A stretch of DNA of 32,000 bases from Klebsiella sp. I138 (GCF_051131765.1 NZ_CP180447.1:3003893-3035892); one strand, 5' to 3'; shown: positions 17,475 to 26,908, numbered from the stretch's first letter. Program-made: numbers and translations. The notes: a model not told the origin generated them from the letters alone.

Positions 17475-19808
17475 ATGAAAATGAACGTAACGGACACGGT
17501 AAAACAGGCGTGCGGCCACTGGCCGCGCATTCTCCCGGCGCTGGGAATGAAAGTGATAAAAAACCGCCATCAGGCCTGCCCGGTGTGTGGCGGCGCTGAC
17601 CGGTTCCGCTTTGACGATAAAGAGGGGCGTGGCACATGGTTCTGTAACCAGTGCGGCGCCGGTGACGGCCTGAAACTGGTTGAGAAGGTGTTCGGCGTGT
17701 CGGCATCCGAGGCGGCCGGGAAGGTGAACGCCGTCACCGGCAACCTGCCACCGGTGGCCCCGGAGGCGACAGCAGCCGCAGACGCCGGAACGGAGGCCGA
17801 CCGCAAAGCAGCGGCCGCGCTGGCCGTCAGACTGCTGGAGAAAACCCGCCCGGCCACCGGCAACGCCTACCTGACCCGCAAGGGCTTTGCCGGTCGTGAG
17901 TGTCTGACGCTGACAGCTTCCCACAAAACCGGCGGCGTGGCCTACCGTGACGGTGATGTGGTGGTGCCGCTGTATGACGAGTCCGGCGCGCTGGTTAACC
18001 TCCAGTTTATTAATGCTGAGGGGCTCAAGCGCACCCTGAAGGGCGGGCAGGTCAAAGGCGCATGCCATCTCATCGACGGACAGAAACAGGCCGGAAAACG
18101 TCTGTGGATAGCGGAGGGCTATGCAACAGCCCTTACCGTGCATCACCTGACCGGAGAAACAGTCATGGTGGCGCTGTCGTCCGTGAACCTTCTTTCTCTG
18201 GCGAGCCTGGCCCGCAGCAAGCACCCGGCCTGTCAGATTATCCTCGCCGCCGACCGTGACCTTAACGGCGACGGCCAGAACAAAGCCACCGCAGCCGCTC
18301 AGGCCTGTGAGGGCGTTGTCGCCCTGCCGCCGGTGTTCGGTGACTGGAATGATGCGGTGATGCTGAAGGGGGAAGACGCCACACGGAAAGCCATTTGTGC
18401 CGCCATCCGGCCAGCAACACAAAGCCCCTTTGATACCATGAGCGAGGCGGAATTTACCGCCATGAGCGCCAGCGACAAGGCCTGGCGGGTACATGAGCAT
18501 TACGGCGAAGCGCTGGCGGTGGATGCGAACGGCCAGCTCCTGTCCCGTTATGAAGCAGGGATATGGAAAGTCATTCAGCCGTCCAATTTCGAACGCGACG
18601 TAGCAGGGCTTTTCCAGCGCCTGCGCGCCCCGTTCTCGTCGGGGAGAATCACCTCAGTGGTGGAGACGCTGAAGCTGATTATTCCTCAGCAGGCCGCACC
18701 GGCACGCCGTCTGATTGGTTTTCGCAACGGGGTACTCGATACCCAGAGCGGCCTGTTCAGCCCGCACAGCAAATCGCACTGGCTGCGCACGCTGTGCGAC
18801 GTGGATTTTACTCCGCCGGTAGAAGGGGAAACGCTGGAAACCCATGCGCCTAACTTCTGGCGCTGGCTCGATCGGGCGGCCAGTGGCAACCCGACAAAAC
18901 GCGACGTGATTCTGGCCGCGCTGTTTATGGTGCTGGCGAACCGCTACGACTGGCAGCTCTTTCTCGAAGTGACCGGCCCCGGTGGCAGCGGGAAAAGTAT
19001 TCTGGCCGAAATCGCCACGATGCTGGCCGGAGAGGATAACGCCACATCGGCGAATATCGACACGCTGGAAGACCCGCGTAAGCGTGCCTCCCTGATTGGC
19101 TTCTCGCTGATACGTCTGCCTGACCAGGAGAAATGGAGTGGTGACGGTGCGGGGCTCAAGGCCATCACCGGCGGCGATGCGGTGTCGGTCGACCCGAAAT
19201 ACCAGAACCCGTACTCAACGCATATCCCGGCGGTGATTCTGGCCGTGAACAATAACCCGATGCGCTTCACCGACCGCAGCGGCGGCGTGTCACGTCGCCG
19301 GGTGATTATCCACTTCCCGGAGCAGATAGCCCCGGAGGAGCGCGACCCGCAGCTCAGGGATAAAATCGCCCGCGAGCTGGCCGTCATCGTGCGCCAGCTG
19401 ATGCAGCAGTTCAGTGACCCGATGAGTGCCCGTTCGCTGCTCCAGTCGCAGCAGAACTCCGATGAGGCGCTCAGTATTAAACGCGACGCTGACCCGACCT
19501 TTGATTTTTGCGGCTATCTGGAGGCGCTGCCGCAGACCAATGGGATGTTTATGGGGAATGCCAGTATCATCCCGCGTAATTACCGTAAATATCTCTATCA
19601 CGCGTATCTGGCCTATATGGAGGCCAACGGGTACAGGAATGTGCTCAGCCTGAAAATGTTCGGGCTGGGACTGCCCATGATGCTGAAAGAGTACGGGATG
19701 AATTATGAGAAGCGGCACACAAAGCAGGGGATCCAGACCAACCTGTCGCTGAAAGAAGAAAGCTACGGCGACTGGCTGCCGAAGTGCGACGAACCCACCG
19801 CGACTTAA
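17475..19808 (+). CDS. alpha: Alpha: P4-type primase-helicase-origin binding replication protein
   Basis: 777 aa, the same length as P4 alpha. N-terminal zinc motif CPVCGGADRFRFDDKEGRGTWFCNQC, TOPRIM-type primase (IAEGYATALT, ILAADRD), SF3 helicase Walker A GPGGSGKS, and a C-terminal DNA-binding region. GGGAGA Shine-Dalgarno. Confidence 0.93.
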   Translation: MKMNVTDTVKQACGHWPRILPALGMKVIKNRHQACPVCGGADRFRFDDKEGRGTWFCNQCGAGDGLKLVEKVFGVSASEAAGKVNAVTGNLPPVAPEATAAADAGTEADRKAAAALAVRLLEKTRPATGNAYLTRKGFAGRECLTLTASHKTGGVAYRDGDVVVPLYDESGALVNLQFINAEGLKRTLKGGQVKGACHLIDGQKQAGKRLWIAEGYATALTVHHLTGETVMVALSSVNLLSLASLARSKHPACQIILAADRDLNGDGQNKATAAAQACEGVVALPPVFGDWNDAVMLKGEDATRKAICAAIRPATQSPFDTMSEAEFTAMSASDKAWRVHEHYGEALAVDANGQLLSRYEAGIWKVIQPSNFERDVAGLFQRLRAPFSSGRITSVVETLKLIIPQQAAPARRLIGFRNGVLDTQSGLFSPHSKSHWLRTLCDVDFTPPVEGETLETHAPNFWRWLDRAASGNPTKRDVILAALFMVLANRYDWQLFLEVTGPGGSGKSILAEIATMLAGEDNATSANIDTLEDPRKRASLIGFSLIRLPDQEKWSGDGAGLKAITGGDAVSVDPKYQNPYSTHIPAVILAVNNNPMRFTDRSGGVSRRRVIIHFPEQIAPEERDPQLRDKIARELAVIVRQLMQQFSDPMSARSLLQSQQNSDEALSIKRDADPTFDFCGYLEALPQTNGMFMGNASIIPRNYRKYLYHAYLAYMEANGYRNVLSLKMFGLGLPMMLKEYGMNYEKRHTKQGIQTNLSLKEESYGDWLPKCDEPTAT

Positions 19809-19817
19809 CCTGTCTCA

Positions 19818-19841
19818 GACCGGCAACCGCCGGTCTTTTTG
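19818..19841 (+). terminator. Rho-independent terminator after alpha
   Basis: GACCGGC-aacc-GCCGGTC hairpin followed by TTTTT, 10 nt after the alpha stop. Confidence 0.75.
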
Positions 19842-19860
19842 TATCTGCCCCTCCCTCAAG

Positions 19861-20160
19861 GGTGAACAATCCACTGTTCACCCTTCACCGTATATTCACC
19901 CTGTATCACTATGAAAGTATTAATAAAAAACCAAAGGTGAACAGTGTGAACAGTTAAACCCAAAAAAACTTTTTACCCCCCCCTCTCATCACCATCGTAT
20001 TGCGATGATGATCGCCGGAAACAGGTCAAAAACGCGCTGAGGTGAAGAGTTGACTGTTCACTCTTCACCAACTGATAACCACCTATCATTATGATATTAA
20101 AAAGAAAAATAATGAGGTGAACAGTGTGAACAGTTAAATGCAAAAAAACTTTTTCTTACT
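19861..20160. repeat. crr-like cis replication region: two ~120-bp direct repeats with 180-bp period
   Basis: Copy 1 starts at 19861 and copy 2 at 20041. Both run GGTGAA...ACTGTTCAC..CTTCACC...TATCA.TATGA...AGGTGAACAGTGTGAACAGTTAAA..CAAAAAAACTTTTT. Each carries several TGTTCACC/GGTGAACA iterons. P4 crr is two 120-bp repeats separated by 60 bp. Confidence 0.75.
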
Positions 20161-20195
20161 GAGAATTGAGCTCAAAAAAAGAACGCCATCGACGA

Positions 20196-20216
20196 TGTGT
20201 ATAGGGATGTGTATAG
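20196..20216 (+). repeat. TGTGTATAG repeats (putative Int arm sites) on the attR side
   Basis: TGTGTATAGGG followed by ATGTGTATAG. This is the same motif as at 8908-8959 next to attL. Confidence 0.5.
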
Positions 20217-20275
20217 TTTTATTTATCGAACTTAAATTTTACTTATATATCAACATCTTGATTTAATTTGTTGAT

Positions 20276-20293
20276 TCCTATTATCGCACCATC
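20276..20293 (+). repeat. attR core
   Basis: TCCTATTATCGCACCATC equals the attL core minus one G (GG becomes G). Confidence 0.75.
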
Positions 20294-20408
20294 AGACCCG
20301 CTTTCCTGCCTGATGTATGGCATCTGACATTCCAGGGTTCCCGTTTCCTTTCTTCTGCTTTCATCTGGCGCAACGAGTGTCAGTAAGCGGATTTCAGTCG
20401 TCTGCCAT

Positions 20409-21470
20409 TTACCTGTATTCAAGCTGATAGATAATGCTGCTATCCGCCCGTCCGGGGGTCACGTGGGTCTCTGTCTGGATATAGCGGGCAAATATCGGAA
20501 TGGTCATAGAAGCCATACCGTCCGTCGGAAAGTCTCCGCTAAGCTCGGCGCTCAGGCGAATAAAAGACGACTCATTCTGCGCGGTCGCCAGCTGGATACC
20601 AATCCCACTGGCACTTTCTGTCCCTGAGCTATCGATACTGATAATCCCCTGTGTATCATCAAGCGTGCCAAAAACAGGTTGCAAAGAGAGAGCCCAGATA
20701 TTGGTTTTTACGGGTGCAATACCATAGTAAGTCCGACTTTCAGATCTGCCACGGCTGCCGTAAAACGTCGGACAATTAATCAACCTGATACTTGCATCCT
20801 CCCAGGCTGTCGTTGCGCCAATCCGGGTAAACGTCCCGCTGATGAGATGGTTGCCCATCTGGACAACCTTGTCCGGTGTCTGAATCTGGCAGGTAGGTAC
20901 GGTGACCGTAATTTGCCCATTCAACCGATACCTGAGGAACTCGTGCATGTCGCCGCTCTGGCCACCGGAAAACACGGCAGCGGGTAAGTTAGCCCCGAGA
21001 ATGGCACCGGGCTGAACTGCCCCCGTTTTTATTAACACAAACTCTATTGTTAGCGGGCTATCCTTCAGGAGCATCTCTGAATAGACCCCTGGCGTGTACT
21101 GATAAGGAAATCCTTTGCTCGCCAGGTAGACTACGCTGACGCCCGGCAGATTGGTTTCATACATGCGCCCCCCATAAGGACTTGCCCCGGAGGACTCGGG
21201 ATACGACGCATCCGCATAAGCAAAACTCCAGTAAAAGTTCTCCGACGCGCTGCAGACAATCCCCGCATTACCGACATCAGCCGGGCTCGCAACCCGGATG
21301 CGATAGATTTCGCTACCAACGGGCATATCCGGAGGGACCGAAATAATGAGATTGCCCAACGAGGCCGCTTTTTCCTCAATCTCCGCGAGGGCGCTATGAC
21401 ACCCCGTTGCCAGGACGCTTGTTGACCAGAAACCGAGTAGCAACACCATCAGTAAGCGTAAAATAGCCAT
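20409..21470 (-). CDS. Fimbrial tip adhesin / minor subunit (two-domain)
   Basis: 353 aa with a signal peptide. The C-terminal pilin domain ends in a typical beta-strand YQLEYR. It is the last gene of the chaperone-usher operon and is longer than a structural pilin, consistent with an N-terminal receptor-binding domain. Confidence 0.7.
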   Translation of the reverse strand: MAILRLLMVLLLGFWSTSVLATGCHSALAEIEEKAASLGNLIISVPPDMPVGSEIYRIRVASPADVGNAGIVCSASENFYWSFAYADASYPESSGASPYGGRMYETNLPGVSVVYLASKGFPYQYTPGVYSEMLLKDSPLTIEFVLIKTGAVQPGAILGANLPAAVFSGGQSGDMHEFLRYRLNGQITVTVPTCQIQTPDKVVQMGNHLISGTFTRIGATTAWEDASIRLINCPTFYGSRGRSESRTYYGIAPVKTNIWALSLQPVFGTLDDTQGIISIDSSGTESASGIGIQLATAQNESSFIRLSAELSGDFPTDGMASMTIPIFARYIQTETHVTPGRADSSIIYQLEYR

Positions 21471-21479
21471 AATTCATCC

Positions 21480-23981
21480 TTAATTTGGCCCTGGACGGCA
21501 AATTGCCGTCAACGTGGTGAGATCCGGGCTCTTGTCCGGTACCCGATAATCAGCATGACAACGTTGATTCGCCTCGCCTCCCCAGCGAACGACAAGCGAC
21601 CCCGACGCTGAGCCCAGCCGGACAAACGCTCGCTTTCCTTGCCCGACCACGCCCACAATATTTTGCTCTTCATCCAGAACATCCGCGCCAAACGGGATGT
21701 CATCATTATCTTCTAATTGCATCATTACCGGTCGCCCCTGGGTTGTGTTGAAACGCAGTTTCACCACGGCACCGTTGTACGGAACCACCTTTTGGCTTGT
21801 ATCATCCAGCGCAATATCATCTGACAATCCTTTAGGGTCGATACTGATTTCATTTATCTGGTAGGCATTCAGGTAAGGCACAATGGCATACCCTGCACCA
21901 TCTACCCGAACGCCCGGATAGCCGCTAACGGCTGCACCATCAGCCCCTTTCGCCTCCACCAACGCCTGGGTGCCGCCACTGTACGGCGTCAGGGTAATAC
22001 CCCCGCCGTGAACAATAGCGGCCCCGTTCATACCAACCGAGTAGTTATGGTAGTGCTTACCCGTACCTGCCGATGCCTGTAGGGTCGTGCTCGTCGTACG
22101 TAGCGAAGTACTTGCTGATGCGGCAGGCGTGCCACCGTTATTCGAATGAGAGCCGGACAGGTTATAGCTGAGCGAGCTATTCTCGAGCGCGGAACCGCTC
22201 AGATTCACCTGCTCGCGTAGCACGCCTCCCGGCTCATGGTTCAGATTGACCGACATCTGTCGGAACAAGCCGTCATTACCCAGAGGAATACTCAGGCTAA
22301 GCGTATAGCGGTTCTCAAAATCATTGTTGCCATTTCGGGTACGGCTGGCACTGATGCCATAGCTCAATTTACCGAAACTGTTGTTGTAGCCAACCTGATA
22401 CTGCCGGTCGCTGTGCGCCGAGTTCCAGTAATTTTGCTGCCAGGCATTAAGGTAAAAACTTCCCCATCCCTCAGGAAGGCTCTGATTCGCGGTGATCCCA
22501 AGACGGCTTTTCGGCCGCTGGATAGCGTAAAAATCATCACCATGGCGCTGTTGTTCCCGAATCTGCATGGCCGTGATGTAGTCAATATAACGATCAGTCG
22601 AAAAACGGTATGCCGCCAGGCCTATCTGGCTATTGGTTTGCTTAATATGCTGGCTAAACTTCAGCTGATAGCTCTGCCCATTCATCACTTTACGGCCATC
22701 CAACGGCTGCTCCAGCCTGGCGTTGGCATGAGTCAAATCCAGAGAGAACGCACCGATAGCCGTCCCTAAAGCAGTACCAATTTGCCCACTTTGGTAATCC
22801 TCATTTCCCTGAAAGCCCACATAGCCCGTCAAAAAGTTGTTCATGCCCCGCTGCCACGTCAGTTCGCCCAGAACCGGTTCGTCACTGACCCAGCCCTTTC
22901 TCAGCTTCCCCAGCGTCACGCTGTAGTTACTCATCCCCGGGCGGAGTAGATTACTGGTTGGCGCAAATGGGATAGTCTGGTGCTGAGAAGTGCCATCGGC
23001 TTCAAGGACGATGACTTCCAGCTCCCCACCGTAGCCGGTGGGGTAAAGATCGTTAATCTCAAACTCCCCCGGTGGGACGGTCGTTTCATACAACAAACGA
23101 TCTTGCTGTTTGACCTGCACCCTGGCGTTGGTACGCGCGTTACCGCGAATCAGCGGCGCATAGCCACGCTGTGAGCTGGGCCGCATTAGTTCTTCATTAG
23201 ACAGACGTAGACCGCGAAATGACAGGGTATCAAACAGATCTCCGGGCGTGCCGGTATCCCCTAAAGTTAAACGGCCCTGTAAACCAGGGATATCACGCTG
23301 CACGTAGGTTTCAAGTGTCTGGTAGCCACTGCCAGTATCATTACTCCAGTTCCAGCTACCGTTGTGACGAAGCAACCATCCGGCCAGATTCAGGCCACTG
23401 GAAAGCCCGGCCCAGGCACTATCCATATTTTTTCCACGGCTCTGCGAGCGATAGTAATTGGTGTTATAGCTCAGCAACCCGGCAGTAATCCCGCGATCCC
23501 ACTGCTCAGGATTAACATACCCACGAGGGTTTCGTTGCAGGTACACACCCGGAATAGCAATATCGAGCTGTTCCCCAGGTTCAAATGCAAGCGAAGCCTG
23601 AGGGACTATTTGCTTGATTGGTAAACACGCATCGCTCTGGCTGTTACGGAGAAGATCGCGGGCGGCGGGATCCTGTTTTTCCAGATCGAATCCCAACTGG
23701 TTAAGGGAATGTGCGCTCAAACAGAGTTGCCCATCCATCTCCGGGGCAGGGCTGTTTACTACCGTGACATCATGGACTCCCTGAGACTCGCCATTGACCA
23801 GAACGTTGACCCGGTAAACGCCTGGAGCCGCCAGCCCGCGCTCATAGCGCGTAATATCAATTTTCTTCTGACTTCCTGGACTCATAAAAGCGCTATTAAA
23901 CTCCACCTCTTCTGCGCAAAGCGGGCCTGTAAGCAGGGCAATTGCCGCAGCAATGGGTCTCAGTGCCAGCCTGTCCGACAT
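21480..23981 (-). CDS. Fimbrial outer-membrane usher
   Basis: 833 aa. N-terminal EFNSAFM... motif, and a size and beta-rich composition typical of the FimD/PapC family. Confidence 0.9.
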   Translation of the reverse strand: MSDRLALRPIAAAIALLTGPLCAEEVEFNSAFMSPGSQKKIDITRYERGLAAPGVYRVNVLVNGESQGVHDVTVVNSPAPEMDGQLCLSAHSLNQLGFDLEKQDPAARDLLRNSQSDACLPIKQIVPQASLAFEPGEQLDIAIPGVYLQRNPRGYVNPEQWDRGITAGLLSYNTNYYRSQSRGKNMDSAWAGLSSGLNLAGWLLRHNGSWNWSNDTGSGYQTLETYVQRDIPGLQGRLTLGDTGTPGDLFDTLSFRGLRLSNEELMRPSSQRGYAPLIRGNARTNARVQVKQQDRLLYETTVPPGEFEINDLYPTGYGGELEVIVLEADGTSQHQTIPFAPTSNLLRPGMSNYSVTLGKLRKGWVSDEPVLGELTWQRGMNNFLTGYVGFQGNEDYQSGQIGTALGTAIGAFSLDLTHANARLEQPLDGRKVMNGQSYQLKFSQHIKQTNSQIGLAAYRFSTDRYIDYITAMQIREQQRHGDDFYAIQRPKSRLGITANQSLPEGWGSFYLNAWQQNYWNSAHSDRQYQVGYNNSFGKLSYGISASRTRNGNNDFENRYTLSLSIPLGNDGLFRQMSVNLNHEPGGVLREQVNLSGSALENSSLSYNLSGSHSNNGGTPAASASTSLRTTSTTLQASAGTGKHYHNYSVGMNGAAIVHGGGITLTPYSGGTQALVEAKGADGAAVSGYPGVRVDGAGYAIVPYLNAYQINEISIDPKGLSDDIALDDTSQKVVPYNGAVVKLRFNTTQGRPVMMQLEDNDDIPFGADVLDEEQNIVGVVGQGKRAFVRLGSASGSLVVRWGGEANQRCHADYRVPDKSPDLTTLTAICRPGPN

Positions 23982-24041
23982 GAAAATGCTCCCTTTCTTC
24001 AGTCATATCCCGCCCGGCAGAGACCAGACGACTTCCGTCTT

Positions 24042-24746
24042 TTACTTCTCAGTAGGCTTGATAACCTTCATCGCGCCATAGTCATTGATGATGACCGGAT
24101 AGAACTGTCTGGCGGATTTGCTGAGCGTGAAAGTACGGACGTCCCCAGGCTTGACTATTCCGCCCTCACCTATCGGGATTTCACCCTTTTCATCTTCAGT
24201 AAATAACGCCACGTTTATATGAAAAGGTGTCGGATTTGTGGCCGATATGTTGTTTCCTGAACGGGTCCAGACAACTTTGCCTGGCGCATCTGTCGGCTTA
24301 CCTGCAAGACCCGCTGGCCGGAAAAAAAGCTTCAGACGCGAACGGAATGCCATATGCAACATATTCTGGCCCTCTGCATTTTTGACCTTCGGCGGGACTT
24401 CAAGCACATTCAGAAAAAAGAGTGATTCTTTATCCTGTGGTAATTTCTCACCGGTGTAGCGAATACGTAGTACCTGGCCACGCCCGGCATTGACCCGGTT
24501 CACAGGCGGGGTAATAAAAAACGGGGCTTTTGCATTCTCAGGGGTAGAATTACGATCCCCGCTGTCAATCCACGACTGAACTAATACCGGCGAAGTGCCG
24601 TTATTATTCATTTTTACCGTAACTTCCTTATCCGTCGCCGGGTAAATAACGCGAGTGCCGGTAATAACCACGGTACTATTTGCCGGTAAAGAGATGCTGG
24701 CCATCAATATGATTGCCAGCCCCGGGAGTAAATTCCTTTTCATCAT
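24042..24746 (-). CDS. Periplasmic fimbrial chaperone (PapD/FimC family)
   Basis: 234 aa with a signal peptide, then VVITGTRVIYPATDKEVTVKMNNNGTSPVLVQSWID, the hallmark N-terminal chaperone block. Confidence 0.9.
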   Translation of the reverse strand: MMKRNLLPGLAIILMASISLPANSTVVITGTRVIYPATDKEVTVKMNNNGTSPVLVQSWIDSGDRNSTPENAKAPFFITPPVNRVNAGRGQVLRIRYTGEKLPQDKESLFFLNVLEVPPKVKNAEGQNMLHMAFRSRLKLFFRPAGLAGKPTDAPGKVVWTRSGNNISATNPTPFHINVALFTEDEKGEIPIGEGGIVKPGDVRTFTLSKSARQFYPVIINDYGAMKVIKPTEK

Positions 24747-24807
24747 AAGTTACCATCCTGAACGGCAGCATCAATGCTGCCGTATTTCACGTCACCGGGT
24801 CAGATAA

Positions 24808-25362
24808 TTACTCGTAATCAATACTGAAGTTAACCTGGCTTTGAACAAGCCCTGCTGATGCTGACCCTAAAGAGTAATACCGAACGGTATACGGCATCTC
24901 CGCTTGTTCAGACGCAATACTGTGACGAGTGGACTTCCCTTTCTGGTTGCTGAACCCTACGTTAATTGGCGACTGATTTTCAGCATCCAGCAACTGAAGC
25001 TGGACATTTTTAGCACCATCATCACTGAGGTCGGTATTAATAAGATTAAAGGTCTTATTATCGACAGTGGAGCCAGCTTCAAAAAATGCAGCCGCCGTAG
25101 AGGATCCACTTACTCCCTCACAATTTGTCAAAACGATTTTAAACAGAGTATCACCTGCAGTGGCGCCTTCGCCAAGAAGTGCAGAAGCAGTAACCGTCGG
25201 CAGAGTAACGGTTGCCGGGGAAGGTTTACCGTCAACGGTAATATCGCAAGTGTTCGCTGTTAATGCGCCCTCGAAATTAATAGTACCATCAGCAGCCAGA
25301 GCTGATGAAGCCATTAAGGTAGTGGTGACCGCAGCAGAAATTATAGCAAGTTTCAGTTTCAT
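24808..25362 (-). CDS. Major fimbrial subunit (type 1/FimA-like pilin)
   Basis: I place the start at the ATG at 25362 (MKLKLAIISAAV..ALA/ADG signal, GGAG Shine-Dalgarno 9 nt upstream) rather than the track start at 25437. It has the GTINFEGALTANTCDI N-terminal cysteine block and a C-terminal VNFSIDYE. Confidence 0.85.
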   Translation of the reverse strand: MKLKLAIISAAVTTTLMASSALAADGTINFEGALTANTCDITVDGKPSPATVTLPTVTASALLGEGATAGDTLFKIVLTNCEGVSGSSTAAAFFEAGSTVDNKTFNLINTDLSDDGAKNVQLQLLDAENQSPINVGFSNQKGKSTRHSIASEQAEMPYTVRYYSLGSASAGLVQSQVNFSIDYE

Positions 25363-25537
25363 ACAATAATACTCCATTTTATTGATAATATTTACCTGAG
25401 ATACTTTCGCAGGCGAACGACTACCACTTATCAACATGACATCATTTAGCAGTAGATAGATTTAGAACGACTCATCAATAGCTTTAATTTTTTGTAGGTT
25501 AATAAAAGTTCAAATATGTTATCCGGGCAGTAAATTA

Positions 25538-26113
25538 CTATGCACTTAACATTATTTCAAAGCCATTCAAACTGATGCAACCATAAATCAGGACCGCTTT
25601 ATTTTTAAGTTTATAAATACCCATTCTATGTATTGCTTTAGTTTTGTGGCTGTATACTTTCTTCTCTGTCACCTGCAAATTGTGCGCAATTTGTGAAACG
25701 CTGACGCCATTCGCCAGATTATCCATAACCAGGCGTTCTGACGGTGTCAGCTTCTCGGTGATACTGAGAAGTGAATTATTTTTCACCGCCCGATGAACTG
25801 CAGCAATCATCATTGAGATGGGAATACGTCGTGAAACAATCCCATGGTGTCCGGTTAAATATTCATATCCGCAAGCGTTATTAATAAACAGACAAATTTT
25901 AATCTCTCTACCGGCCAGGCTTTGAAATATACGCCGGGCCAGCCCCATAAAGTCGACGGCCAACAAAAGTATGTCACCACGTTCAAGAACATCGAACTGC
26001 TGTTGCCAAGCCTCCGAAGCAAAAGGTAAGACAACGACCTCCTCACCAGCGTTGTTAAAAACTGACTTCACACCTAACGAGAAATAATCCTCATCTGACA
26101 TGATATAAATCAT
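25538..26113 (-). CDS. LuxR/FixJ-type HTH regulator with degenerate receiver-like N-domain (fimbrial regulator candidate)
   Basis: C-terminal LuxR HTH LTPSERLVMDNLANGVSVSQIAHNLQVTEKKVYSHKTKAIHRMGI. It lies directly upstream of the fimbrial operon on the same strand. Confidence 0.75.
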   Translation of the reverse strand: MIYIMSDEDYFSLGVKSVFNNAGEEVVVLPFASEAWQQQFDVLERGDILLLAVDFMGLARRIFQSLAGREIKICLFINNACGYEYLTGHHGIVSRRIPISMMIAAVHRAVKNNSLLSITEKLTPSERLVMDNLANGVSVSQIAHNLQVTEKKVYSHKTKAIHRMGIYKLKNKAVLIYGCISLNGFEIMLSA

Positions 26114-26414
26114 TCACTGCCTCCCTGTCTGGTCCTGACTATAAGCTTTCGGAACGTGATAACCCCCGCCACACACTCTTCAACCCTGCTTAGGATTTTT
26201 CCCAAATCCATGTTGTGAATTATGTTTCACTAAATACAAAATCAAAATAATAAACTTATATTATTGAATTATTTATTGAATAATATAAAAAATAATGAAT
26301 ATTAAGCAATTATACAGGATTTTATCCTGCTGAGATGTGATTTTGAAGTCGACAATCCCGGCATCAGCCGTGACATTCACTGACTAATATTGTGGATAAA
26401 GAAACTTGATGCGC

Positions 26415-26908
26415 TTACTGAGAGGTGCAAACCAGGAAGGGTGAGCTGACCGAACTGATGAGACTGGTCTTTGGGTTAATCATGCGTATCCGAATTCTCA
26501 GTTTTTCAGAACCATGGCTTATCATGTTGACCAGGCTCAAAAACTCTTTGTCGCCAGAGGTATCAGCCGGAGCCGGAACAATTTGGTAGTCATCAAGAAT
26601 AAAATCTTGCCCTTCAGAGGAGTGAACAGATTGATAATTAAAGAAAATAAATCTATCCAACGTTGCAGCGCCGCCAGCTGACTGTGACTCACCGTCCATA
26701 CGGATATGCCCTCTTCCGTCGGATTCCAGAGACAGATAAAACTTCCCCCGCAAAATGGGCGGAGAAGTATTGTCCTGGAATATCTCTAAGTTGCCAGAAC
26801 AGTGATAACTATCATTTTTCTGATGAAAAAAATGCCAGACAAAAAAACACTAGCGATTGCAAAGACCATCGTAGAAAACCAAAGAAATGAGATCTCTTTA
26901 CGTATCAT
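26415..26908 (-). pseudogene. ToxS-like periplasmic partner gene, interrupted by a 1-nt frameshift in a homopolymer region
   Basis: An ATG at 26908 with a GGAGG Shine-Dalgarno opens a 40-codon ORF encoding a signal-anchor (MIRKEISFLWFSTMVFAIASVFLSGIFFIRK...), which stops at 26786. The 112-aa track ORF (26415-26753, TTG start) continues in the -1 frame, which is open back to 26849. The frames overlap across the T7, T7 and A5 runs at 26815-26847. The fused product of about 155 aa has ToxS-like architecture and a similar C-terminal region (DDYQIVPAP...SLISSVSSPFLV versus the DNYLLVTP...ILFTSLSHGSTVLF that I recall for Vibrio ToxS). Confidence 0.5.

Larger units (their letters stand above)
8779..20293. 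mobile_element. P4-like phage satellite (P2-helper-dependent) integrated in the 3' end of thrW
   Basis: Bounded by an 18/19-nt direct repeat of the tRNA 3' end. It contains int, cos, psu, delta, sid, ori iterons, vis, a CI-RNA-type immunity locus, a 777-aa alpha and crr, in the P4 prophage order. Its length of about 11.5 kb is close to the P4 genome size. Confidence 0.9.

Noticed and set aside
17292-18500. 402-aa ORF on the - strand.
   Set aside because: It is entirely antisense to the well-supported alpha primase-helicase gene. It is rich in Gly/Arg/Ala/Cys, as expected for a shadow frame in GC-rich coding DNA, and has no recognisable motif or ribosome-binding site.
19861-20160. Direct repeats that could be mistaken for a CRISPR or tandem-repeat array.
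   Set aside because: There are only two copies, each ~120 bp, on a 180-bp period. They are full of alpha-protein iterons and lie directly after alpha, which is the P4 crr architecture. No cas genes or short regular spacers are present.
25363-25437. 25-codon 5' extension of the major fimbrial subunit.
   Set aside because: The extension precedes a canonical signal peptide that starts at the ATG at 25362 with a GGAG Shine-Dalgarno, so it is not credible as part of a secreted pilin.
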